A stretch of DNA of 41,633 nucleotides from a virus. Lineage: Duplodnaviria; Caudoviricetes. The position numbers were made by a program, and so were the translations under genes. Numbering within the stretch: the first letter of the stretch is position 1; the number at the start of each line of letters is the position of its first letter. Shown one piece after another: positions 25,641 to 34,728 of the stretch. Where the stretch lies: positions 1 through 41,633 of IMG/VR virus record IMGVR_UViG_3300037991_002153. One strand, given 5' to 3'. The notes under the pieces were generated by a model. The model saw only the letters and a list, made by a program, of their open reading frames with translations. It searched no databases and was not told the origin of the DNA.

Positions 25641-25854
25641 TTTTCTCCAAGCTTGCTTTTAAGGCATCTACAAATGCTTGCTTACCAAACCTTAGTTGTT
25701 GAAGATTAAATTCACTAGAACCAATCTTTCTGTCTAAGTCAGCAATATGATTAATCATAACCTTTTGCTCATCATTTAATTCAGACTCTTTATAAGTCTT
25801 ATCAAATAATTTTATTTCAGTTTCTTTAGGCATTTCTTTTTCTTTTTTTGCCAT
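25615..25854 (-). CDS. Small coiled-coil protein downstream of tail fibre
   Basis: AGGAG RBS; DKTYKESELNDEQKVMINHIADLDRK. Confidence 0.7.
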   Translation of the reverse strand: MAKKEKEMPKETEIKLFDKTYKESELNDEQKVMINHIADLDRKIGSSEFNLQQLRFGKQAFVDALKASLEKNEEEEEKK

Positions 25855-25876
25855 TATTAACTCCTATTGTTATTGT

Positions 25877-26203
25877 TTAAAGTTTTTTGTAATCCTCGAT
25901 AGCTAATGCAAGACCATCACTATATGCTTTAGCTCTAGCCATTTCATCATCCCATCTTTTCTTTTCAGATTCTAATTGTGATAGCGACCATTCTCTTTCA
26001 TTGTCTGGCATAGCTTCACCAGTTTCTGGATTCCAGCACTTGCATACACAAGCAATATAACTTTCTTTTACTGCATCCTGTTTAGCTTGTACTACCTCAC
26101 CAGCTTCGTTTTTAATTTCTTTTTTAGCTGGGGATATTTCTCTTTCTTTCTTAGCAAAATCTGCTGTTTTGCCTTTTTTTTCTGGGTATTTTGACCAATT
26201 CAT
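25877..26203 (-). CDS. Hypothetical protein (possible tail-fibre accessory)
   Basis: AGGAG RBS; directly after the fibre gene. Confidence 0.65.
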   Translation of the reverse strand: MNWSKYPEKKGKTADFAKKEREISPAKKEIKNEAGEVVQAKQDAVKESYIACVCKCWNPETGEAMPDNEREWSLSQLESEKKRWDDEMARAKAYSDGLALAIEDYKKL

Positions 26204-26212
26204 TAGGTTCTC

Positions 26213-29200
26213 CTATTTAAGTTTGTTTTCTAATTCTGTTACTTTTGCTGATAACTCTTGTATTGCTTTTACTAAGGTAGGAATTAATGCTGTTTCTCCC
26301 AGCATTTGCATACCATCCTTATTTTCTTTCCACATTGGAAATTTTGAATGTCCAGCTTTATCCATAGACTCCTTAACTTCTTGAGCAATAAACCCATAAT
26401 TAACTGCATCTGGATTTATCCTTTTTGTTTTTTTAGGATTATATTGTTCAAATTCTTTTGGATATTCACTTGGAGCTTTTTTATTAAAAGTAACTGGCTT
26501 TAAATCGTTTACAAATTGTAAACCTAAATCTAAAGGCTTAATATTTTTCTTAATTCTCTTATCAGAAGAATGAGTCCAAGTAGCGTTTTCTCCAAAATCA
26601 TTAGTAATAAAATCTGAATCAACACCTATTCTTATTGTTTCAGTTCCACCACCAGCTAAATTATCTGTACCAGCCTTTAAAACAATTTCATCTGTAACAT
26701 CAGCGGCAGATGCTTGAGCAGATGCACCAATTTGAGTATTCCCAGAGCCAGTAGTTATATTGCTTCCACTACTATATCCAAATAGTGTATTTCTTGAACC
26801 AGTTGTAATTGTTTGACCAGCTCTAAATCCAAATAAAGAAGAGTAAGATGGTCCATTCCAACTATCACTCATAGCTGTTTCAGAACCTACTGCTGTATTA
26901 CCAACAGATTGAGTATTCGCCCATTGACCTCCACCAGATAAATAACCAATAAAGGTATTATCATTAGAGCCATCAGATGTAGTACCACCAACACTATTTT
27001 GCATTGAGCCATATCCAACAGCCGTGTTTCTACTACCATCAACTATTTCACTTATGGATTGATAACCAATGGCTGTATTTGCAGAACCACTTGTAAGGCT
27101 AAATAAAGCTTTTCTACCTATAGCTGTTGTTCCATTTGTTCCAGTAGTTGTTGAAGAAGAACCTTTAAAAGCGGCATAACCAACAGCAGTAGCATCTTGA
27201 ACAGTAGCAGTTGTTATTCCACCCATAGTTTCTCCACCTATTGCGACATTTGTATGAGCAGTTGTGGTGTTTTGCATAGCACTTCTACCTATTGCTGTAT
27301 TTGATTGCGCACTTACTGATGAAGATAAAGCTAAATATCCAACTACTGTATTAGAATCTCCATCAGTTATAGAAGCTCCAGCACTACTTCCTATTGCTAT
27401 ATTACCAGCTCCAGTAGTAATTCCTAATAATGCACTTTGACCAACTCCAACATTATTGCTATTACTTTGACCACTCGCCCCAAATCCAGCTCTGTAACCA
27501 AGAAAAGAATTTGAAGTCCCAGTAACATTATAAAATCCAGCTTGATACCCAATTCCCGTATTTTTAGTTAAGGCTTCACTTGCCATATTTTGACTAGAAA
27601 ACGCTCCAGCACCAACTGCTGTTGAGCCTTGCCCTAAATCATCTTGAGCCATTGTTGATGCACCTATTGCGACATTGTTGTCTCCATCAGTTAAAGCACC
27701 CCCTGCGGCTTGACCTACTAAGGTATTTGAATTTCCTACTCCTATTGCATCCCCAGCTTTATCTCCTACAATAGTATTTTCAGCTCCAGTAGTAATACTT
27801 AATCCCGCTTGACTTCCTATTGCTGTGTTAGTGTTTCCAGTAGTAACTGCAAATAAAGCTTTATAACCTATTCCAGTATTATCAGAATAAGTAATTGATC
27901 CAGCAGAAGATTCACCAGCACTTGCTCCTACCATTGTGTTTTGTTGTCCAGTATCAAGATGAAAAGAAGCATTTGAACCTACAGCTACATTCTTTCCTTC
28001 GCCATCACTTGAAGCTTCAAAATTGTATAATGCAGCATAACCGATAGCAGTATTAAAATCACCATCTACATTTGTTACAAAAGCTTGACTACCTACCGCT
28101 GTATTATACAACCCCGTTGTAATTTTTTCACCAGCAGTATAACCTATTAAAGTATTTTCTTGACCACTACTAATATCATTTCCAGCTAAATGACCAAAAA
28201 GAGAATTTCTATCTCCATTAGTTGTTAAAGCAGCTCCAGCTAAATTTCCAAAAGTTGTGTTATTAGCACCGCCATCATTATTTGATAATGAAATGCGAGA
28301 GTTGGTATCTAAAATAAAATTTCTTACAAACCCTGTTCCACCTACATTTGTAGCATTTCCAAATTGTATTTGAGCTGCATGGTCAAACATCACATATACA
28401 AAGCCATCTGCAACATTAGTATTAAAAAAATTACTAGCATCTTTTTGAAGTATTAAAGATGGTTGAGTTCCTTCTACACTTAAACCCGGAGTAAATCCAA
28501 AAGCAGTAGTACCACCAATGTTTACATTTCCAGAACTATCTATTCTAAGTCTCTCTGCATTATTTGTTGTAAAAGTCATTCTATTAGCACCATGGTCATA
28601 AATTATTCTACCAATATCAGCATCATCTGCATCTCCAAATTCAATATGGTTATTATATCCTCCAGTTGCTAGTAATCCGATTCCACCATCTGCACTACCA
28701 CTTGAAACTGTTAATTTTTGTGCTGGGCTTACAACCCCAATTCCTACATTTCCGCCTTCTTTTACTACTAAGCCATTAGAACCATAGACTGAAAGTTCAG
28801 CGTAGGCATCTGTTCCAGTATGATAGTAATAACTAAGAGCCAAAGCATCTCCAGCACTTGCGGCTTTTCCCATCCATTGTGCAACATATTCTCCATCAGC
28901 ATCTACTGCTCTATACAACTCTATAATACTATTAGAACTTGTAGCTGTGCTACTAGCATAAATAGCTGAACCTGTTCCTTGAGTATCAATGTTTAATGCA
29001 ACAGCATTTCCATTCTGGTCTATTTTTATGGCATTTCCAGTACCAGCATTGTCTACATTTATACCATTTCCACTCCCATTAATATCTAAGTTTAACCCAT
29101 AAGCAGTTCCATTTTGCTCTAGTGTCATTCCACTCTGAGCCGCATCTTGCCTAATATATAAAGGAACAGTTGCATTTGCGGCAGTATTTTCGTTTACAAT

Positions 29201-29566
29201 TTTAACTAACTGCCTTGATGAAGTGTTAGAAGAATCTGAAGAAAGGTTTAAAATACTTCCTGTTGTAAGAGCATCAGCATTAATATTAATAACATCTGAT
29301 GTTGTTATTGCTGGAGTATTAATGTGAATAGCATATTCAGAAGTCGCCTCTGTGTCAATAACTAAAGCTGGAGAGTTACTATCTTGGTCTATTGTTAATT
29401 TACCATCTATCTCTGCTTTATCTGTTGCTAGTTTTAATGCAAATGTAGTTGTATTTTTTCCATCTTTGACATCTACTAAATTTGTTGTATTTCCCCCACC
29501 ATCTCTATCTACATGAAGTAGCTGTTCATAAGATGATGCTATTGATTGTCCTTCTAATTTTGCCAT
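26213..29566 (-). CDS. Tail fibre/spike with NTAxG beta-roll repeats and C-terminal intramolecular chaperone (peptidase S74)
   Basis: GNVGIG, ERLRIDSSGNVNIG; many approx. 14-aa NTA(I/V)G repeats; SDKRIKKNI...LKPVTF...GFIAQEV...LIPTLVKAIQEL. Confidence 0.9.
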   Translation of the reverse strand: MAKLEGQSIASSYEQLLHVDRDGGGNTTNLVDVKDGKNTTTFALKLATDKAEIDGKLTIDQDSNSPALVIDTEATSEYAIHINTPAITTSDVININADALTTGSILNLSSDSSNTSSRQLVKIVNENTAANATVPLYIRQDAAQSGMTLEQNGTAYGLNLDINGSGNGINVDNAGTGNAIKIDQNGNAVALNIDTQGTGSAIYASSTATSSNSIIELYRAVDADGEYVAQWMGKAASAGDALALSYYYHTGTDAYAELSVYGSNGLVVKEGGNVGIGVVSPAQKLTVSSGSADGGIGLLATGGYNNHIEFGDADDADIGRIIYDHGANRMTFTTNNAERLRIDSSGNVNIGGTTAFGFTPGLSVEGTQPSLILQKDASNFFNTNVADGFVYVMFDHAAQIQFGNATNVGGTGFVRNFILDTNSRISLSNNDGGANNTTFGNLAGAALTTNGDRNSLFGHLAGNDISSGQENTLIGYTAGEKITTGLYNTAVGSQAFVTNVDGDFNTAIGYAALYNFEASSDGEGKNVAVGSNASFHLDTGQQNTMVGASAGESSAGSITYSDNTGIGYKALFAVTTGNTNTAIGSQAGLSITTGAENTIVGDKAGDAIGVGNSNTLVGQAAGGALTDGDNNVAIGASTMAQDDLGQGSTAVGAGAFSSQNMASEALTKNTGIGYQAGFYNVTGTSNSFLGYRAGFGASGQSNSNNVGVGQSALLGITTGAGNIAIGSSAGASITDGDSNTVVGYLALSSSVSAQSNTAIGRSAMQNTTTAHTNVAIGGETMGGITTATVQDATAVGYAAFKGSSSTTTGTNGTTAIGRKALFSLTSGSANTAIGYQSISEIVDGSRNTAVGYGSMQNSVGGTTSDGSNDNTFIGYLSGGGQWANTQSVGNTAVGSETAMSDSWNGPSYSSLFGFRAGQTITTGSRNTLFGYSSGSNITTGSGNTQIGASAQASAADVTDEIVLKAGTDNLAGGGTETIRIGVDSDFITNDFGENATWTHSSDKRIKKNIKPLDLGLQFVNDLKPVTFNKKAPSEYPKEFEQYNPKKTKRINPDAVNYGFIAQEVKESMDKAGHSKFPMWKENKDGMQMLGETALIPTLVKAIQELSAKVTELENKLK

Positions 29567-29569
29567 AAT

Positions 29570-29701
29570 TTATCCTGTGTAATCTTCCCAATTAGTTGTT
29601 GCCTCTTCCCAATTCAACTGTATAGCTTCTGCACCAGCCCAGCCAATATCGGCTATCATCTGTGCAAAATTAACTATAGTTGCTCTAATACCCCCTAACA
29701 T
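29570..29701 (-). CDS. 43-aa Trp-motif virion microprotein
   Basis: MLGGIRATIVNFAQMIADIGWAGAEAIQLNWEEATTNWEDYTG; TAATG junction; below the ORF-track cutoff. Confidence 0.65.
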   Translation of the reverse strand: MLGGIRATIVNFAQMIADIGWAGAEAIQLNWEEATTNWEDYTG

Positions 29702-29994
29702 TATTTTAAAGCCAACATATTAGTTGCTGTGGTATTTGTTGCTTTGATTGCAGAAAACTTAACGGGAAGTATCTGACCACTTGCTAGGTTTTTAAAAGTT
29801 GCATCGCTGCCTGATTGCAAAGTAAGTACTACATCACCTCCTACGCCTACGTAAACAGCAGAATGTAAATCTGTTAAGGTTTGATCTCCTGTTGCTCCAC
29901 TACCACCATCTACAGCCGTTACAACGGTAGCACTCTCATAGATCATTTGATTTAAGGATTCTACAACTGAATATTTATTTATAGAACTTGCCAT
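29701..29994 (-). CDS. Small beta-sandwich virion protein (spike-base/decoration-like)
   Basis: AVYVGVGGDVVLTL...ATFKNLASGQILPVKFSAIKATNTTATNMLAL; GAGGAG RBS. Confidence 0.65.
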   Translation of the reverse strand: MASSINKYSVVESLNQMIYESATVVTAVDGGSGATGDQTLTDLHSAVYVGVGGDVVLTLQSGSDATFKNLASGQILPVKFSAIKATNTTATNMLALK

Positions 29995-30049
29995 CTTGTT
30001 TCTCCTCTTTATGCCTTACCGAGCTGACATCTCTCATGGGCATATTGGT

Positions 30050-30481
30050 TTATGTTAAGTCTGGGAATAATACTGCTCGACTTCCTCCTGTTTTATCTCG
30101 CTTTCTCATTCCATTTTTCTTTACTGCTTCTTGAAATTTTCTGTCATGTATCTGGGATAAATTTAAACTAACTGTTGCTAAGTTACCATCACTAACTGTA
30201 CCCGCTTTATCTCTGTATAAAGCTGCTTTGACATAATCAATTATAGAATTATGAAAAACATTATCAACATCAGGTGTGTCTGTAATAGCACTAACAGCAT
30301 TTGGCTCCCCATAGTAATGTATTAATATTCCATTTGTCACTGCCTCATCAATAGGTTTATACTGGCCCTCTAAAGAATGAGTTGTACCACTTGTTTCACC
30401 TCGTGTTGTAACAATAGCTAAATGATCACCTCTAATAAAGTAAGCTAATTTCTCTTCAGGGTGTGTGTATGTACTTGCCAT
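30050..30481 (-). CDS. Head-tail adaptor, C-terminal-half-like ORF
   Basis: LIHYYGEP...DTPDVDNVFHNSIIDYVKAALY...RKFQEAV pattern typical of adaptor C-termini. Confidence 0.55.
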   Translation of the reverse strand: MASTYTHPEEKLAYFIRGDHLAIVTTRGETSGTTHSLEGQYKPIDEAVTNGILIHYYGEPNAVSAITDTPDVDNVFHNSIIDYVKAALYRDKAGTVSDGNLATVSLNLSQIHDRKFQEAVKKNGMRKRDKTGGSRAVLFPDLT

Positions 30482-30789
30482 TAATCTACATCCATTGTTT
30501 GTATCTCACCATTTAGTAATCGTGGAATCTTTACATATTCGCCACTAGAGTCCATGAAATCTACTCTAAAAACTTTATTAACTTCAATACCTGAATTACT
30601 ATCACTCAAAGTATACCACTGTTGATCTGCAACAGAATTTGCTTTTGCATACTCTACCTTAGTAGAATAGTTTCCAATCTCAACAAGGGCCTCATTAATT
30701 AAATTAATAATGTATGTTTCAGGAGCATCAGGAAACACCTGTCTTACCCTTGATATAATTTTTTTTACTGTTAAGCTATGTACTGCCAT
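30481..30789 (-). CDS. Head-tail adaptor, N-terminal-half-like ORF
   Basis: LTVKKIISRVRQ...IINLINEALVEI...QQWYTL...VFRVDF pattern typical of adaptor N-termini. Confidence 0.55.
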   Translation of the reverse strand: MAVHSLTVKKIISRVRQVFPDAPETYIINLINEALVEIGNYSTKVEYAKANSVADQQWYTLSDSNSGIEVNKVFRVDFMDSSGEYVKIPRLLNGEIQTMDVD

Positions 30790-31040
30790 TATCCTGCCTC
30801 ATCCCAAGTTAAAGTTGTGTCTTCCCAGTTTTTAACATTATAACTAGCCCAAAATCCTTTTATAATCCAACTAATTGATGTTGGTAAACTTACAAGACTA
30901 AATGATGGAGAAGTATTTAAAGTTACTAAAGTAGAAGACGGTGATGTATTTAAAGTAACCAACGTAGACGAAGGAGAAGTGTTTAACGTAACCCCCGTAA
31001 AGGATGGAGAGGTGTTTAATGTAACTAATGTTTTAGCCAT
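30789..31040 (-). CDS. Small protein with 11-aa tandem repeats and C-terminal Trp motif
   Basis: Four copies of VTLNTSPS plus one degenerate copy; ends NWEDTTLTWDEAG; TAATG junctions. Confidence 0.7.
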   Translation of the reverse strand: MAKTLVTLNTSPSFTGVTLNTSPSSTLVTLNTSPSSTLVTLNTSPSFSLVSLPTSISWIIKGFWASYNVKNWEDTTLTWDEAG

Positions 31041-32839
31041 TAGCTTGCCACCATTATTTGAACACCTTTATCATAATCAGCTTGTAACTTTGCTTGTTGC
31101 TTTTCATAAAACTGATAGTTTTGAGTGTTGTTGTTTAAATTCTGACTATACTCTTGAACACTTGTGTTTACCTGAGCACTATATTTATTTAACTCAGCCA
31201 GAAACTTTTGAACTAAATCATCGTTATTTTGTATTGCTGCTTGCAAGGTCTGAGCTTTGTTTTGTAAATCAAGAGCTTGATCTTGAGACTTATTAAATTG
31301 ATCTATGTTTGTCGCCTGAGATGCTTCTTGTCTAGCATCCTCTGCATCTATTCGAGCCTGATTTAATGCTTTTTGTAAATCACTATTATGCTTTGCCAAC
31401 TCTGCTTGTATGTTTGCCTGATAGATAACATTATCTTTATTGAACTCATTTAACTCATTTTGAATGTCCCTAGAATACTGTTCTAATGAATTTGATTCAG
31501 TTGTAGACCATGCTTGAAAAGTTGTATTAACTTCATTTCTATATTTTTCTAATTTTTGAGAGTAGACCTGCACATCTGTATTTACCTCAGCTTGATACTC
31601 AGAAACCTTTGCTTGATATTCTTGAACTTCTTTCTGTAACAATAAAGAAGCCTCTTGTTGTGAATCTTCAGCATCAAGCCTAGCTTGTTGTAATTGCTTT
31701 TGAATATTTGACTGATACTCTACATTTGCATCATTAAAAATATTTAACTGATTTTGTAATGCTGCTTGATATGCAGATATATAAGAATTTAATTTAGATA
31801 TTTGTGCCCCTGCAAGTTCTATATCTTCTTCGCTTTCAATAAAATCACCTAACACTTCCCACCAGTCACTGACATCCTGTTGATCAGCATCAGTTCCTGC
31901 AGTTCCAGTTGTTATAGCCGCAGTAAGTTCTTCAGTTGCTCCACCCACTACTGGAGCTGTATAGGTAGGTGCTGTTCCAAAAGAACCTATTGTAATAGCC
32001 CCTATTGAAGGTGTAGTAAAACTAGCACTGGATAAACTTGGTGGTGTACTTAAAGAAAAGTCCCCCGGATCATTATCTCCAAATGGATTCGCATTACTTG
32101 TATCTGCATAAAAAGCTTTAAAAGACACCCTAGTTGTCAGTGTTGGCTTTGTATATGTTGGTGCATTTCCATCTATAGCGGCCTTAGAAACACTTGCAAC
32201 CGTAATAGCACCTACAGGAGAAGCACTAGCATCTGCATTACTTGCATTACTATAAGAAATAGTAGCTAAACTAGGAGCACTAGGAGCTGAAGTAGAAACG
32301 CTTAAATCTGATTTTACCAAACTACTTAATTTATTACTTAATGATTTTATAGAAGCGTACAGCGGAACTAAATATTCATACTCGTCTGGAAAGTTTGCTA
32401 TAGCCGAATCACTATAAGCTACCGTTGGATTATTAACCTCTAAGTATTTACAGCTACCAGAAGCTGGTAAGGCATTTAACTTTCCATTGTAAACATAATA
32501 CACAGGATCTGTAGCCGTAGCCGCTATCATATCATCACTATCAGAAGCTCTACCCCTTAAAGATGCTGGTATTTCACGACATGGTTGATCTATTGTCCCA
32601 TCATTTCTTGTTACTGATATAACCTTAGCGGAGTCTAAAGTTTCAGCCTCACTTCCGACTGCAGCACTCGTAAACGTATCTTCAGTAGCACAAAACATTT
32701 TTAACCTAGGAGGCATTACGTTTATAACCTCCATAGCACCATCGCTTAAAAATTGTGTAAGTTCTGTTTGAGTAGGAGCACTACTACCATCGATACTAAG
32801 ACCTGTTAACCCTTCTACCTGTGCTTCAAATGTTGCCAT
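31040..32839 (-). CDS. Head-tail adaptor-like protein with long S/T/P linker and Q-rich coiled-coil extension
   Basis: ELTQFLSDGAMEVIN...DPVYYVYNGKL...FPDEYEYLVPLYAS adaptor-like core; repeated QNQLN/QNELN...N..YQ coiled-coil units. Confidence 0.55.
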   Translation of the reverse strand: MATFEAQVEGLTGLSIDGSSAPTQTELTQFLSDGAMEVINVMPPRLKMFCATEDTFTSAAVGSEAETLDSAKVISVTRNDGTIDQPCREIPASLRGRASDSDDMIAATATDPVYYVYNGKLNALPASGSCKYLEVNNPTVAYSDSAIANFPDEYEYLVPLYASIKSLSNKLSSLVKSDLSVSTSAPSAPSLATISYSNASNADASASPVGAITVASVSKAAIDGNAPTYTKPTLTTRVSFKAFYADTSNANPFGDNDPGDFSLSTPPSLSSASFTTPSIGAITIGSFGTAPTYTAPVVGGATEELTAAITTGTAGTDADQQDVSDWWEVLGDFIESEEDIELAGAQISKLNSYISAYQAALQNQLNIFNDANVEYQSNIQKQLQQARLDAEDSQQEASLLLQKEVQEYQAKVSEYQAEVNTDVQVYSQKLEKYRNEVNTTFQAWSTTESNSLEQYSRDIQNELNEFNKDNVIYQANIQAELAKHNSDLQKALNQARIDAEDARQEASQATNIDQFNKSQDQALDLQNKAQTLQAAIQNNDDLVQKFLAELNKYSAQVNTSVQEYSQNLNNNTQNYQFYEKQQAKLQADYDKGVQIMVAS

Positions 32840-33225
32840 TATTTAGCTCTCCTGACCTTTCTTGCTACTGTTTTACTATATTTAGCTCTTCCTTTTCCCT
32901 TTGCAGAAGCCGCTCTTTTCTTTCTATTTGTAGCAGCTTTTTGACTTTTTGTTAAAGTTTTTCTAACTGACTCTGGTAGATAACGACCTCTTTTCTTTTT
33001 AGGTTTTTTCTTATCACCCTTACTAACATAATCCCACTTTTGTTTAGACCATTTAGATAATTTATTCTTAGAGGACTTCTTACCAGAATATGTACCACCC
33101 ATATCTTTATAATACTTTACTGCAAGTTGCATAGCTCTAGCTGAATGTTTACCACCCATTTTTGCTTTAGCTTTTGCTTTAGCTCTTGCCCACTTCGCAG
33201 GATCTCTTTTCTTTGCTGTTGCCAT
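32839..33225 (-). CDS. Highly basic protein (DUF5872-like)
   Basis: HSARAMQLAVKYYKDMGGTY...LSKWSKQKW...GRYLP. Confidence 0.6.
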   Translation of the reverse strand: MATAKKRDPAKWARAKAKAKAKMGGKHSARAMQLAVKYYKDMGGTYSGKKSSKNKLSKWSKQKWDYVSKGDKKKPKKKRGRYLPESVRKTLTKSQKAATNRKKRAASAKGKGRAKYSKTVARKVRRAK

Positions 33226-33226
33226 A

Positions 33227-33523
33227 TTATTTTTTCTTTTTATTCGATCTTCTAATTGCTTCTTTGCCCTTTTTAAAGATCTGTTGCTGTGTTCTTTTAC
33301 CAGCTACCTTAGATCTTTGCTCTCCTACCGTTAGTATCTGTATCTTACGAGCAAAAGGCTTTCTAATTCTTTTTACTTTTGCAACAGTTGCTCTTGCATC
33401 AGCAGGCGTTGCAAATTTAATTCTTACTGTATCCTTTGGATTTTCATCTGTGTACAGTCTACGACCACTTCCTTTTGGTTTTTTACCTGTACCAACTTTA
33501 GGATCTCTTTTCTTTTTAGGCAC
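33227..33523 (-). CDS. Highly basic hypothetical protein
   Basis: GTG start in TAGTG junction; RLYTDENPKDTVRIKFAT...QILTVGEQR. Confidence 0.7.
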   Translation of the reverse strand: MPKKKRDPKVGTGKKPKGSGRRLYTDENPKDTVRIKFATPADARATVAKVKRIRKPFARKIQILTVGEQRSKVAGKRTQQQIFKKGKEAIRRSNKKKK

Positions 33524-33690
33524 TACTTCTTCTTTTTTGGAGAAGCGTGTTTCATTTGAACTTTAAAACTAGCCATTAAACTAGATCCTTTATGTGATTT
33601 ATAACCACCTTTAGGATTTTTCATCAATTTATATCCAGAACCAGATTTCATCCAGTGATAACCATTAGGAGCTTTTACTTTTTTATTCAT
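33523..33690 (-). CDS. 55-aa highly basic protein
   Basis: MNKKVKAPNGYHWMKSGSGYKLMKNPKGGYKSHKGSSLMASFKVQMKHASPKKKK; below the ORF-track cutoff; fills the gap exactly. Confidence 0.7.
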   Translation of the reverse strand: MNKKVKAPNGYHWMKSGSGYKLMKNPKGGYKSHKGSSLMASFKVQMKHASPKKKK

Positions 33691-33696
33691 AATACC

Positions 33697-34014
33697 TTAC
33701 CATTTTACTTTATCAGCCCACCACGCTGCTGACATCTTACCTTTAGCAATGTTCTTAGCATGACGAGCTTTAAATGATTTACGCTTTGCTTTCATCCTAG
33801 CAGACTCACCCTTCTTGGGTTTTCCTGCTGTTCCGGACAACGTACCAACTTTTTTACCCTGTTGTCCAAAACGTATTGTTTTAATCTTACCACCTTCTTT
33901 TGCAACAACAACATGAGATTTAGTAGGATGATTTGGAGTTCTCTTTGGTTTATTAAAAGCAGTGACTCCAGCTCTAGCCAACCTAGGATCTTTTTTCTTT
34001 TTCTTAGGTGGCAT
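33697..34014 (-). CDS. Highly basic conserved phage protein
   Basis: FNKPKRTPNHPTKSH...KTIRFGQQG...RKSFKARH...SAAWWADKVKW. Confidence 0.75.
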   Translation of the reverse strand: MPPKKKKKDPRLARAGVTAFNKPKRTPNHPTKSHVVVAKEGGKIKTIRFGQQGKKVGTLSGTAGKPKKGESARMKAKRKSFKARHAKNIAKGKMSAAWWADKVKW

Positions 34015-34210
34015 AACCTAAATTTTTTCTCATCTTTTGTATATTGTCACCCATAGACTGAGTTGACAATTCTACATCAGTTCTTTTTCCTAAGTCAGAC
34101 ATTGTCCACATATTCGTTGTAAACTTAGGTATAGAAGCTTGTTTTCCGCAAGCTCTACAATAAAACCAACCCTCTTTGTTGTTTGCATTGCAGTGTATAC
34201 ATTTTTTCAT
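34004..34210 (-). CDS. Zn-ribbon protein; start revised to 34210
   Basis: AAGGAAAATT-ATG; MKKCIHC...YCRACG. Confidence 0.65.
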   Translation of the reverse strand: MKKCIHCNANNKEGWFYCRACGKQASIPKFTTNMWTMSDLGKRTDVELSTQSMGDNIQKMRKNLGYAT

Positions 34211-34219
34211 AATTTTCCT

Positions 34220-34270
34220 TTTTAGGTTTTGAGGGCTGCCTTTTATTGACAACCCTCACAGTACCTAAAA
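34220..34270 (-). promoter_or_regulatory. Long bulged stem-loop after the capsid/decoration genes (attenuator or processing site)
   Basis: Minus strand TTTTAGGT-actg-TGAGGGTTGTC-aataaaa-GGCAGCCCTCA-aa-ACCTAAAA; G-U pairs work only on the - strand; no U-tract. Confidence 0.6.
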
Positions 34271-34292
34271 CTGTTATCCTTATTTATTTGGA

Positions 34293-34727
34293 TTATGAAG
34301 TTTGAATTCCATTATCGATTCCTGACATTGAGCTTCCTACGTATTCTCCACCTACAAACATAAGTTCTACATAGTCGCCTTTCTGTGCAGTTGTATCTAA
34401 AATAACATTAGAAACCTGAGTTCCCGCTGTTGAATTAGCTGCATCGTTGCCAGCATCTTTTTGAACCAAACTAATTATAGCACTTCCAGCTGCTATTGTG
34501 ATATCTCCAGTTGGAGTTTCTTCCTCAACAATAAACTTATAGTAAACACCGTCTTCACCAGTAGATGCTGTTGGTAGAGTAATTTGATAAGCTCCACCAG
34601 CAGAGTCACATAAAAAGACTTTTCCACTATCGTCGTTTGTTAAAGTTCTAGCTGCTACGATCTTTTCAACCTTTTTCTTTAAGCCAAAAGTTGAACCGCT
34701 ACTCTCATTAAGAAAATCAGTAAGCAT
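34293..34727 (-). CDS. Capsid decoration/minor structural protein
   Basis: Immediately after MCP; RTLTNDDSGKVFLC...ITLPTA...GVYYKFIV motif. Confidence 0.6.
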   Translation of the reverse strand: MLTDFLNESSGSTFGLKKKVEKIVAARTLTNDDSGKVFLCDSAGGAYQITLPTASTGEDGVYYKFIVEEETPTGDITIAAGSAIISLVQKDAGNDAANSTAGTQVSNVILDTTAQKGDYVELMFVGGEYVGSSMSGIDNGIQTS

Positions 34728-34728
34728 C

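Noticed and set aside
26213-29566. Diversity-generating retroelement or invertible tail-fibre cassette
   Set aside because: No reverse transcriptase, recombinase or TR/VR pair seen; repeats are protein-level only
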